A DNA stretch of 64,000 bases from an uncultured delta proteobacterium (GTDB lineage: Bacteria; Desulfobacterota; Binatia; Binatales; Binataceae). Shown piece by piece: positions 1-8,523 of this stretch. The stretch lies in contig CAVQVD010000010.1 in NCBI GenBank assembly GCA_963717045.1, forward strand, positions 342,255-406,254, written 5' to 3'. The translations under genes and the position numbers were made by a program. The notes beneath the pieces are model-generated. The model did not search any database. It had not been told where the DNA came from and was given only the letters and a program-made list of their open reading frames with translations. Numbering within the stretch: the first letter of the stretch is position 1; every line of letters begins with the position of its first letter.

Positions 1-137
1 AGCTTGAGATCTTAGTAGACTGGCAATAGATCAGTTCGGCCCGGCTTCAATGCCGAACCGAAGCCCAGACGGATACGTATCTTGGTCACGGCAGATTGAT
101 TGGCCCGGCATCCCACTTGTAAGGAGAGGTCACCACG

Positions 138-425
138 ATGGATCGCAAGACGATTACGGGGGCGGTTTTGGCGGCTGCAGTCGGCGCAATGTTTTTAACT
201 ACCCCGGTCCTCGCGCAAACCAGTTCGGGGAATTCAGCGAGCGCGGAAAATGTAAAGTGCGTGGGCGGTAACAGTTGCAAGGGCCAGAGCTCGTGCAAAT
301 CCGCGAGCAACGGTTGCATGGGGCAGAACTCGTGCAAGGGCAAGGGCTGGGTGATGGCCACTTCTGTGAAAATGTGCACCGACAAGGGTGGTAAGCCCGA
401 AAAGGCTCCGACCAACGCGATGTAG
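138..425 (+). CDS. Sec-secreted Cys-rich RiPP precursor, DUF2282/bufferin-like (BufA-like)
   Basis: 95 aa. The N-terminal Sec signal peptide MDRKTITGAVLAAAVGAMFLTTPVLAQT is followed by a core with six Cys in repeated G-x-(N/S)-S-C-K-G motifs (KCVGGNSCKGQSSCKSASNGCMGQNSCKG...KMC). An AAGGAG RBS lies 6 nt upstream. The next gene, 18 nt downstream, is a DUF692 enzyme. Confidence 0.7.
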   Translation: MDRKTITGAVLAAAVGAMFLTTPVLAQTSSGNSASAENVKCVGGNSCKGQSSCKSASNGCMGQNSCKGKGWVMATSVKMCTDKGGKPEKAPTNAM

Positions 426-442
426 GCTGCGAGCCGGTCGCG

Positions 443-1345
443 ATGAATCGATTGGACTTCGCGCGGCTCGGATTCGGCGTTGGATTGCGAACGCCGCATT
501 ACGCGCGGGTTCTCGAGCAATCCCCGACGGATAACGCCACTCCAGTGGGGTGGTTCGAAGTCATCTCGGAAAACTTCATGGTCGAGGGTGGGCGGCCACT
601 CGAGGTGCTCGAGGGCGTGCGTGCCAACTATCCGGTCGTGATGCATGGCGTGTCACTGTCGATCGGCTCGAGCGACCCGCTCAACCGCGACTACTTACGC
701 GCGCTGCGCACGCTCGCCAGTCGCGTCGAGCCGGCCTGGGTCTCCGACCATCTATGCTGGACCGGCATCGGTGGCCGCAATTTGCACGATCTGCTGCCGC
801 TGCCGCACACCGAAGAGACCGTGCATCACGTGGCCGGGCGTATTCGCCAGGTCCAGGACATCCTCGATCGCACGATCGCGATCGAGAATGTATCGAGCTA
901 CCTCGCATTTCGCGCCTCGCGCCTGACCGAGTGGGAGTTCCTGACGGCGGTCGCCGAAGAAGCCGATTGCGCGATCCTGCTCGACGTCAACAACATTTTC
1001 GTGAACGCGTTTAACCATCGCTTCGACCCCGCGCGCTATATCGATAGCGTGCCGGTCGAGCGCGTGGTGCAGTTCCATCTTGCTGGCCATAGCGACCACG
1101 GCAGCTATCTGCTCGACAGCCACGACCATCCGATTCGTCCTGAAGTATGGGCGCTCTACGAGCATGCGGTGAGGCGCTTCGGCCGCGTCGCGACGTTGGT
1201 CGAATGGGACGACAATATTCCGGAATTCGAAGTGCTGGCCGCTGCAGCCGGTGAGGCGCGACGGCGATGCGAATCCGCGCTGGACATGGCCACTCCCATT
1301 CCGCCCGCGTCCAGCGCCCGCATCGGCAGCGCGCGCATAGACTGA
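443..1345 (+). CDS. DUF692/UPF0276 multinuclear non-heme iron oxidase (MNIO, BufB/MbnB-like)
   Basis: 300 aa. The protein matches DUF692 along its whole length: GVGLRTPHY...EVISENF...MHGVSLSIGS...SDHLCW...LHDLLPLPHTEE...IAIENVSSYL...LLDVNNIFVNAFNH...HLAGHSD. It is tightly linked to the upstream Cys-rich precursor. Confidence 0.85.
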   Translation: MNRLDFARLGFGVGLRTPHYARVLEQSPTDNATPVGWFEVISENFMVEGGRPLEVLEGVRANYPVVMHGVSLSIGSSDPLNRDYLRALRTLASRVEPAWVSDHLCWTGIGGRNLHDLLPLPHTEETVHHVAGRIRQVQDILDRTIAIENVSSYLAFRASRLTEWEFLTAVAEEADCAILLDVNNIFVNAFNHRFDPARYIDSVPVERVVQFHLAGHSDHGSYLLDSHDHPIRPEVWALYEHAVRRFGRVATLVEWDDNIPEFEVLAAAAGEARRRCESALDMATPIPPASSARIGSARID

Positions 1346-1420
1346 CCTCCGATCCCGTGCTTGCGCGCGGGGCTTCCGACAGTCCGGACTTGCACATTCG
1401 ATGCAGCGCGGGAAACAGAA

Positions 1421-1470
1421 ACCGGCCCGGCCGCATTATACGAAATAACTGTATGCCGCGGCCGGGACCG
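1421..1470 (+). other. extended imperfect inverted repeat (hairpin) in the 310-bp gap after the MNIO gene
   Basis: ccggcccggccgcat...atgccgcggccgggaccgg forms a stem of about 14 bp with one bulge and an AT-rich 16-nt loop. No U-tract follows. Confidence 0.3.
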
Positions 1471-1656
1471 GGGGGAGAGAGCTTGTCTGAACTGAAAATC
1501 GGTCGGCGTTCCGCAACGTAATCTGCGGCGCGCCAATCTCTCCCTTATAAACCGGACGCGCTGAGACGAAGTTCCATGACGAACCTGTGACATGAATTTA
1601 CCGTCGCGTTTGCCGATAGTTGATCGCGCATGCTGAGTGCTATGTTCTGAAAAGAC

Positions 1657-2757
1657 GTGAGCGCTGCCGCGAACATACGGATTGAGGCCATCAATAGCCC
1701 GCAGGCGTTCGAGGAATTCGCCCGTCTGCCATACCAGGTCTACGCCGATCGCGAGGCGTGGTGGCCTCCAGACGTCCGCAACGAAATCGATCTGCTGGCC
1801 GGCCGCACGTTAACCGCGCCTTATCTCGACCTCCAGCCGTTTTGTGCCTGGAGCAGCGGTCGGCTGGTGGCGCGCGTTAGCGCCGTGATCAACCGCCGCT
1901 ACATCAGCCATTGGGGCCAGCGGCTCGGTCAGCTAATCCATTTCGAGGCGGCAGCGGGTGAGGGCGAAGCGGTCGGCGCGATGCTGACGCGCGCGATGGA
2001 ATGGCTCGCGCGCGGCAAGATGGAATCGGTGCGCAGCGGCTTCGCGGCCTTTCTCGACTATCCCTACGCGATCGACAACTACGGCGGCCTGCCGTCGTTC
2101 CTGCTGCGCGGCAATCCCGAGTACTACCATTGCTACCTCAAGGATGCCGGCTTCGAGACCGAAAAAGGTCAGATCGACTACACCGCCGCGCTGACCCCTG
2201 AGACGCTCGCGCGCTATGCGCGAATGGTCGAGGCGGCACGCTCCGCCGGAGTGGCCGTGACGAGTTGGCGCGAATACGGATTTTTGGCCGCAGTCGATGC
2301 ATGGACGGAGGTCACCAACTCGGCCTTCGCGCGGCATTGGGGATGGAACCCGGTAACTAGCGACGAAGTTCGTCCGATGATGAATCCGCTGCAGGGCACC
2401 CCGGTCGGCGATCTTTCGATGGTCGCGGTGGCCAAACGCGAGGTCGTCGGTGTGGTCTTTTCAGTGCCGGACCTAAGCCCGGCGCTCGCCCAGATTCGCC
2501 CGGGCGCCAAGCTCCATCCCGAGCGCGGTGGCGGCACGCGCGGCGCGCTCATAAATATTGGGGTGCTCGAGGCCGCGCGCGGCAAGGGTGTCGCGCTGGC
2601 GATGGCGGCGCGTTCGTTCACGATCATGGCCAGGAGCGGAATGCGTTACGCCGGCTACACGCTGGTGCTCGACGACAACTGGCCCTCGCGGCGCACCGCG
2701 ACAGCGTTGGGTGCGCGGGCGACCGGCAACTTCGTGACTTACCGACGAGATCTCTAA
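1657..2757 (+). CDS. two-domain GNAT-fold acyltransferase-like protein (hypothetical)
   Basis: 366 aa. The C-terminal region carries a GNAT acetyl-CoA-binding motif (RGKGVALAMAARSF). Overall length and architecture resemble FemAB/BioF2-like double GNAT folds. Family assignment is by pattern only. Confidence 0.4.
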   Translation: MSAAANIRIEAINSPQAFEEFARLPYQVYADREAWWPPDVRNEIDLLAGRTLTAPYLDLQPFCAWSSGRLVARVSAVINRRYISHWGQRLGQLIHFEAAAGEGEAVGAMLTRAMEWLARGKMESVRSGFAAFLDYPYAIDNYGGLPSFLLRGNPEYYHCYLKDAGFETEKGQIDYTAALTPETLARYARMVEAARSAGVAVTSWREYGFLAAVDAWTEVTNSAFARHWGWNPVTSDEVRPMMNPLQGTPVGDLSMVAVAKREVVGVVFSVPDLSPALAQIRPGAKLHPERGGGTRGALINIGVLEAARGKGVALAMAARSFTIMARSGMRYAGYTLVLDDNWPSRRTATALGARATGNFVTYRRDL

Positions 2758-2889
2758 GCAAGAGCGTGAATGGCGAGTTTGGCTGGTTTATTTCGCCTTA
2801 CACCTTGATGGGCGGGATTGGCTGGTGTTAGTGTAGCTCCTCGCTCCTTGCTCCCGCGTGGGGGCCGGAATCCACAAGGAGGCTGCCGC

Positions 2890-3438
2890 GTGCGGCGCTA
2901 CGAAACCATTTTTATTCTTCGCTCCGATCTGGGCGAAACTCAGGTCAAAGATAGCATCAAGCGTTTCGAGGGTCTGGTCGCCACCGGCGGCGGCGAGATG
3001 CTCGAAACCGATGAATGGGGCTTTCGCGAACTCGCCTACCGGATTCACAACGAACGCCGAGGCTATTATGTTCGCCTCGACTACGCTGCCACCGGACCCG
3101 TGATGAACGAGGTGGAGCGCAACCTTAAACTCTCCGACAGCGTGCTGCGCTACCTCTCGGTGCTTCTCGATTCCGAGGTCGATACCGCCAAGGTGCGCGC
3201 CGAAATAGATGCCAGGCTCCATCGCGCGGCCGAAGCAAAGGCCGCCGCCGAGGCCCGCATTGCCGCAGCCGCCGCGGCCGCCGAGCAGGCGGCGCATCCG
3301 AGCGCTCCCGGAGCCGATCTCTCGCCCGATGAGGCGGCCGGCGAGGCTGAAGTAGCGCAAAAAGCGGTGTCCGAACAGCCGGAGGAAGCTGGCTCCGACG
3401 CGGAGGTGAATCCCGCCGGTGAACCGAAACAGGATTGA
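2890..3438 (+). CDS. rpsF: 30S ribosomal protein S6 with acidic Ala/Glu-rich C-terminal tail
   Basis: The GTG start is preceded by an AAGGAGG RBS. The N-terminus RRYETIFILRSDLGE...RELAYRI...GYYV matches the S6 signature. The first gene of the rpsF-priB-rpsR-rplI cluster. Confidence 0.9.
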   Translation: MRRYETIFILRSDLGETQVKDSIKRFEGLVATGGGEMLETDEWGFRELAYRIHNERRGYYVRLDYAATGPVMNEVERNLKLSDSVLRYLSVLLDSEVDTAKVRAEIDARLHRAAEAKAAAEARIAAAAAAAEQAAHPSAPGADLSPDEAAGEAEVAQKAVSEQPEEAGSDAEVNPAGEPKQD

Positions 3439-3727
3439 ACTGTTTGGCAAAGTGACCTGCGCGCCTGAGATGCGGGCCACGCCGACCGGAACTCCGGTGA
3501 TGCGGATCGAGTTGGACTGCGGCGAGGGTCGGGAGCCTTTGAGGCTGGGGGTCGTGATGATAGGGGAGGGCGCGCGCGAAATAGGCGGGCGAATCAGCGC
3601 CGGAGCGGCGGTGAAGGTAACGGGAACGTTGCGCACAGTACGCGGGCGGCTGTGGCCGTCGGCGGCGAGCGGGATCGAAGTGCTGGCGAGCGAGGTGAGC
3701 GAGGTCGCGGCAGGCGCGGGCTTATAG
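3419..3727 (+). CDS. priB: primosomal replication protein PriB / SSB-like OB-fold protein
   Basis: 102 aa. NRIELFGKVTCAPEMRATPTGTPVMRIELDC aligns with the PriB N-terminus. There is no acidic SSB tail. The gene sits between rpsF and rpsR, and its GTG start overlaps the rpsF stop. Confidence 0.7.
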   Translation: MNRNRIELFGKVTCAPEMRATPTGTPVMRIELDCGEGREPLRLGVVMIGEGAREIGGRISAGAAVKVTGTLRTVRGRLWPSAASGIEVLASEVSEVAAGAGL

Positions 3728-3906
3728 GATCGACAATCGGGATTGCCGGGATTTGCGAAAATCGGGTGAGCTTCGCCAGCACTGATCGTCCGACTGTCCA
3801 ATTTCTAAGAATTTGAATTTCTAAGATTTCATAACCATGACCAATTGTTCTGGCGGCTCGCCGCCGACCTTGGACACGATTCCACGCGGGATCCGACGAG
3901 ACGAAA

Positions 3907-4272
3907 ATGGCTGACGAAGAAAGGATGGAGCAGGGGCCCGGACACGGTGGCCATGAGCATGGCCGCGGACGCCCCGGAGGTTCGCGCTCCGACTCCGATC
4001 GCCCCGGCGAGGGCCGTGGTGGCGAGGGCCGGGGCGGCGGGATGCGTCGGCGGCCAGGCGGCGGCCGTCGCAAAGTGTGCCGCTTCTGCGCCGACAAGGC
4101 GCTCAAGGTCGATTACAAGGACGTGCGTACCTTGCAGAACTTCATCACCGAGGGTGGCAAGATTGTACCCAGTCGTACCTCGGGTAATTGCGCGCGCCAT
4201 CAGCGCCAACTTGCGGTCGCGATCAAGCGCGCCCGGGTGATCGCGCTGTTGCCCTTTTCGACCTTGGGATAA
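3907..4272 (+). CDS. rpsR: 30S ribosomal protein S18 (possibly with Gly/Arg/His-rich N-terminal extension; alternative start ATG 4042)
   Basis: The C-terminal 75 aa ([40 protein letters not shown]...[12 protein letters not shown]) is canonical S18. The upstream 45 codons are low-complexity ([13 protein letters not shown]) with high GC3, so the true start is ambiguous. Confidence 0.85.
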   Translation: MADEERMEQGPGHGGHEHGRGRPGGSRSDSDRPGEGRGGEGRGGGMRRRPGGGRRKVCRFCADKALKVDYKDVRTLQNFITEGGKIVPSRTSGNCARHQRQLAVAIKRARVIALLPFSTLG

Positions 4273-4291
4273 TGGGGATGACGAGCGAGCG

Positions 4292-5263
4292 TTGAGACGC
4301 GGGCGAATAATCGTCGGGCCGCTGGTAGGTGCGATTCGCGCGGCATTCCTGTCGGCGGCGCTCTATCTGGCAGCGGCCTTAGTGCCCCTGGTTGGCATGA
4401 TGGCTGCGCTGTTCGCGCCCGCGCCGACGCTGCTTTTCTCGGTAGGTTTTGCCCGCGCGCGAGTGCGTGCCGCGGTGGCTATCATGATCGGCGCAGCAGC
4501 GGTCATGGCGCTCGGTGGATGGACTGTGGCACTCGGCTACCTGGTGACCTTCGGTCTCGCAGCGGCCGTGATGTGCGACATGCTCGAGCGGCGCAAGCCC
4601 TTCGAGGCGATCGTGCTAGTGACCGCCGCGGTCGTGCTGGCGGCCAGCGTGATTGCAGCCTTCGCGATGGCTGGGTCGGTAGACGCGGTGGCAAAGGGCG
4701 TCCGCGATGGGCTAACGGCGGGAATGGCGCACGGCCACGACTTTTACAAGATGCTCGGAATCGAGACCGGGATGGCTCAGGAGGCGGAGGCCGGCCTGCT
4801 GGATATTATGCTGCGGCTGTGTCCGGCATTGGTGGCGTTGTGTGCGGGCTTCGGTGCGCTGCTCAATCTGGCGGTGTTTTGGCGGCTGGGAGGCCGGGAG
4901 CGGCTCGACTATCCTCTGTTCGGCGATTTGGCCCGCTGGTCGACGCCAGAATGGCTCATCTGGGTGCTGCTGGCGGCAGGGTTCGGAATGTTCGTTCCAG
5001 TGCCGGCGTTGGCCGTGGTAGCGATGGATGCCTTCGTATGCGTCGCGGCAGTCTATTTTTGCCAAGGCATGGCCATCATGGCCTTCTATTTTAAGACTTT
5101 GGTTATCCCGCCATGGGTCCGGGGGCTAATATATTTTGTTACAATAATCCAGCCGGTGCTGGCGGCTCTGGTGTGCGCGGCCGGTATTTTCGACCTGTGG
5201 GTAGATTTCCGGCGGCTCAAGCCGCCGAGCCAGGAAGCAGGTAGCTTCGGCGATTTTTTTTAG
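4292..5263 (+). CDS. DUF2232 (YybS-like) polytopic membrane protein
   Basis: 323 aa with multiple hydrophobic helices. Its position between rpsR and rplI is conserved for the YybS/DUF2232 family. Probable TTG start. Confidence 0.55.
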   Translation: MRRGRIIVGPLVGAIRAAFLSAALYLAAALVPLVGMMAALFAPAPTLLFSVGFARARVRAAVAIMIGAAAVMALGGWTVALGYLVTFGLAAAVMCDMLERRKPFEAIVLVTAAVVLAASVIAAFAMAGSVDAVAKGVRDGLTAGMAHGHDFYKMLGIETGMAQEAEAGLLDIMLRLCPALVALCAGFGALLNLAVFWRLGGRERLDYPLFGDLARWSTPEWLIWVLLAAGFGMFVPVPALAVVAMDAFVCVAAVYFCQGMAIMAFYFKTLVIPPWVRGLIYFVTIIQPVLAALVCAAGIFDLWVDFRRLKPPSQEAGSFGDFF

Positions 5264-5291
5264 GCGCCGTAAGGATTAAGCAATCCAGTCT

Positions 5292-5741
5292 ATGAACGTG
5301 CAAGTGATTCTCAGTGAGGACGTGCCCAACCTGGGCCGTCCGGGAGACGTGGTTAGGGTGCGCGCCGGCTATGCGCGAAACTATCTGTTGCCGCGCCGAC
5401 TCGCGGTCGAGGCCAACTCCAAGAACCTGCGCGCCTTCGAGCATCAGAAGGGCTTGGCGATGTTGCGGCGTGAGGCGAACAAGGGTCTGGCGGTAAAGCT
5501 CAAGCAACAGCTCGAAGCGTTGACGCTCACGATCGGCGCTAACGCAGGCGAAGAGGGCAAGTTGTTCGGATCGGTGACCAGTATCGATATCGAGCGTGCG
5601 CTGCGCGAGCACGGATTCAATATCGAACGGCGAAAGATAATGTTGGCGGAGCCGATCAAGCAGCTCGGCGAGTTCACCGTTCCGGTGAGGCTCGACCCGG
5701 AGGTTGAAGCTGACGTGAAGCTCACAGTCGCGGCGTCATAA
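5292..5741 (+). CDS. rplI: 50S ribosomal protein L9
   Basis: 149 aa. MNVQVILSEDVPNLGRPGDVVRVRAGYARNYLLPRRLA is the L9 N-domain signature. Confidence 0.92.
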   Translation: MNVQVILSEDVPNLGRPGDVVRVRAGYARNYLLPRRLAVEANSKNLRAFEHQKGLAMLRREANKGLAVKLKQQLEALTLTIGANAGEEGKLFGSVTSIDIERALREHGFNIERRKIMLAEPIKQLGEFTVPVRLDPEVEADVKLTVAAS

Positions 5742-5753
5742 GGCCATCCGGGT

Positions 5754-6392
5754 ATGATGAAACTCTACGATTTCCTGCCCTGCCCATTCGGTCAAAAAGT
5801 GCGGATCGTTCTGGCAGAAAAGAGCCTGACCTACGAGCTCATCCAGATCGATCTAGCCCAAGCCGACCAGCGGCGTCCCGAGTTCCTGCGCCTCAATCCA
5901 TTCGCCCGGGTTCCGGTGCTGGTTGACGAGGACACCACGGTCTACGATTCGACGATCATCGTCGAATATCTCGAAGATGAATACCCGGAGCCGCCGGTCC
6001 TGCCGACTCTGGGAGCGAGCGCGCTGCGTGCGCGAGCGCGGATGTTCGAGGATTTTGCCGACACGTCATTCACGCCGCAGGTCGGACAGCTCATGGCCGA
6101 GATGGCTCGGGCCGAGGGTGACCGCGATCAGGGACGTCTCCAGCGGTTGCATCGTTCGATCGAACGGGCGCTCGATTACCTGAATCACGAACTTACTGGC
6201 CAGCAGTTTCTCGCCGGCGACTTTTCAGTCGCCGACATTGGGTTCGCGCCGCGGATGCTCGTACTGAGCGAACTGGGCCTGGAGGCGAGCACTAATCGCT
6301 CAAACGTCGACGCCTGGATAAAGCGGCTGCTGGAGCGCGCGAGCATCCAATCCCTGCAGGGCGTGACGCTCGAGCCTCTGGCCGGAGTTTGA
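5754..6392 (+). CDS. glutathione S-transferase family protein
   Basis: 212 aa. MKLYDFLPCPFGQKVRIVLAEK...RVPVLVDED matches the GST N-terminal thioredoxin-like domain. Confidence 0.8.
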   Translation: MMKLYDFLPCPFGQKVRIVLAEKSLTYELIQIDLAQADQRRPEFLRLNPFARVPVLVDEDTTVYDSTIIVEYLEDEYPEPPVLPTLGASALRARARMFEDFADTSFTPQVGQLMAEMARAEGDRDQGRLQRLHRSIERALDYLNHELTGQQFLAGDFSVADIGFAPRMLVLSELGLEASTNRSNVDAWIKRLLERASIQSLQGVTLEPLAGV

Positions 6393-6468
6393 CCGTCGGG
6401 ACGCAACGCTCCGAGCGATCGGACACGAAAGCCAGCTATTTTTTACGCGACAATCGCGTGGGAAACGA

Positions 6469-6508
6469 CAGGCGCGCCGTCCGAGTAATGGGCGGCGCGC
6501 CTGCTTTT
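6469..6508 (+). terminator. rho-independent terminator-like hairpin downstream of GST gene (bidirectional candidate)
   Basis: The GC stem caggcgcgccg / cggcgcgcctg (11 bp) has a 13-nt loop and is followed by cTTTTcg. Confidence 0.5.
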
Positions 6509-6619
6509 CGAGATCACGGACGAGGAGCGGGTTCCTAACCTAGACGATCCGTTGTCGGTTTAACAAGGGCTTCGGGGCCGGGTTCGTCAGTTAAAGGGAT
6601 CGCTCCTTAAATTGCTGCA

Positions 6620-6922
6620 CTAGTAAGGTTGATCCTCGCCGAACAGCGGTTCTTCTTCATCGGCCCGGGTCGAGGCTACGCCCGTCGCTCGGTAGAGAAG
6701 CTTTGCAGCGAACAACTTGTTGCCCAGCCGACCCTGCGGCTTGAGCATCCCGCCATGCCTGCGACATCGCGGACAGGCCATCGTGCCGCTCAGCAGGCTC
6801 GCATTCTGTGGGGTGATTCGCAAATCGAAACTGGCCCCACATCCCGGGTTCTGACACAAGGTTCGATAAACGATACCCGGTCGGTCGCCAGTCTTGGTTT
6901 CAGTATTCATCGCAGTTTGCAT
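6620..6922 (-). CDS. small zinc-ribbon-like hypothetical protein
   Basis: 100 aa. Two CxxC-type pairs (CQNPGC ... CPRCRRHG). No recognisable family. Which of several in-frame Met codons is the start is uncertain. Confidence 0.35.
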   Translation of the reverse strand: MQTAMNTETKTGDRPGIVYRTLCQNPGCGASFDLRITPQNASLLSGTMACPRCRRHGGMLKPQGRLGNKLFAAKLLYRATGVASTRADEEEPLFGEDQPY

Positions 6923-7287
6923 AGCGCCATCTCCTTCCTGCGTCTATTTATCCGTATCGGTCGCGCCGTAGGATTAGACGTAAATGACTTGCAGAAGTTT
7001 CAAGCAAGCGATGTGCCGCAGCTAATTGTGGAATTAAATTGAAAAAAATTCCCCTTTAAATCCACAACTTAGGTGTTTCCGCCTGATTGACTTGCAGGAT
7101 CGGCGAATTTTCGCATTGTGATCCGTTTTTGCAACAAATCGGCATTCCTTTCTGCCAAAATGACCACAATGTCTCAGCTCCAGGTCTATTTTCGAGTGTT
7201 TTCTCTTTCACAGTGCTAAATATACGACGCTGCGGCAGCTTGGGATGAACGCGGCATTATTTGCGGGTTAAGAGTTAGGGTGGGGCA

Positions 7288-8523
7288 ATGAGGACGCTTG
7301 CGATGGTAATGGCTGGGGGGCTGGGCAGCAGACTGCATCCGCTGACCCGCGACCGAGCCAAGCCGGCGGTTCCTTTCGGGGGAAAATACCGGATCATCGA
7401 TTTCGTCCTTTCCAATCTCGTAAACTCACGAATTTACGCCATTTACGTACTGGTTCAATGGCGGTCGCAGTCGCTTATCGAGCACCTCAAGGACGGATGG
7501 CAGTTCGGAGGAATACTCAACGACCAGTTCGTCACTCCTGTCCCGGCTCAGATGCGGATGGGCGAGAGCTGGTACCAGGGCACTGCCGACGCCATCTTCC
7601 AGAACCTCAACCTGCTCGACGACAACAGTCCCGACCTGGTCGCGGTCTTCGGCGCCGACCATATCTATCGGATGGACATCCAGCAGATGATCGAGTTTCA
7701 CCTCGAGCGCAAGGCGGCCGTGACTGTCGCCACCATCCCGGTGCCGGTCGAGGAGTCCGCCCAATTCGGGATCGTCGATGTCGATTCGGGACTCCGCGTT
7801 TCAGGCTTCGACGAGAAGCCGTCCACCGCCCGTGCGATGCCGGGCGCGCCGGGTCAGTGCCTGGCCTCGATGGGTAATTACCTATTCGATCCCGACGTGT
7901 TGCGCCGCTCACTGGAGGAAGACTCGACAATCGCCTCGAGCCGCCACGACTTCGGCCACGATCTCATCCCGCGCCTCATTGAACGCGTGCCGGTCTATGC
8001 CTATAACTTCATGACTAATCGCATCCAGGGTGATTCCGAAGTCAACCTGAGTTATTGGCGCGACGTCGGCACGATAGACGCTTACTATGAGGCCAACATG
8101 GATCTGCGCGATGCGCGGCCTCATCTGAATCTCTACAACCAGCGCTGGCCGCTGCGCACGGCGTACTATGATCAGCCGCCAGCCAAGTTTGTGTTCGACG
8201 AGAACGGACGACGTGGCGAAGCGCTCCACTCGGTCATCTCCGAGGGTTGTATCGTGTCGGGCGGGATGGTGCGCAACTCGGTACTGGGCCGTTCGGTTTT
8301 CGTGCACTCGTGGAGCCAGGTCGAGGACTCGGTCCTGATGGACTATAGCGAGATCGGCCGCCACGCCCGCGTGCGCCGCGCGATCATCGACAAGAACGTC
8401 TCCGTGTCCGAAGGCGACGAGATCGGCTACAATCTCGAGCGCGATCGTCAGCGCTTTCACGTGACTGACTCCGGCCTGGTGGTGATTGCCAAGGCGCCCA
8501 AGCGCGAACGGCAGAGCCTGTGA
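7288..8523 (+). CDS. glgC: glucose-1-phosphate adenylyltransferase
   Basis: 411 aa. MVMAGGLGSRLHPLTRDRAKPAVPFGGKYRIIDFVLSNLVNS is the GlgC signature. It is preceded by an AT-rich promoter region (6950-7287). Confidence 0.9.
   Translation: MRTLAMVMAGGLGSRLHPLTRDRAKPAVPFGGKYRIIDFVLSNLVNSRIYAIYVLVQWRSQSLIEHLKDGWQFGGILNDQFVTPVPAQMRMGESWYQGTADAIFQNLNLLDDNSPDLVAVFGADHIYRMDIQQMIEFHLERKAAVTVATIPVPVEESAQFGIVDVDSGLRVSGFDEKPSTARAMPGAPGQCLASMGNYLFDPDVLRRSLEEDSTIASSRHDFGHDLIPRLIERVPVYAYNFMTNRIQGDSEVNLSYWRDVGTIDAYYEANMDLRDARPHLNLYNQRWPLRTAYYDQPPAKFVFDENGRRGEALHSVISEGCIVSGGMVRNSVLGRSVFVHSWSQVEDSVLMDYSEIGRHARVRRAIIDKNVSVSEGDEIGYNLERDRQRFHVTDSGLVVIAKAPKRERQSL

Noticed and set aside
86-1436. Several long antisense or off-frame ORFs overlapping the precursor and MNIO genes (86..646 -, 550..1014 +, 752..1165 -, 1011..1436 -)
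   Set aside because: They are typical open frames of high-GC DNA, rich in Arg/Ala/Pro, and carry no motifs. The sense-strand genes have clear family signatures.
3594-4240. ORFs 3594..4106 (-), 3829..4209 (-) and 3845..4240 (+) overlapping priB/rpsR
   Set aside because: They are low-complexity Pro/Arg-rich translations opposite or offset to the well-supported ribosomal genes.
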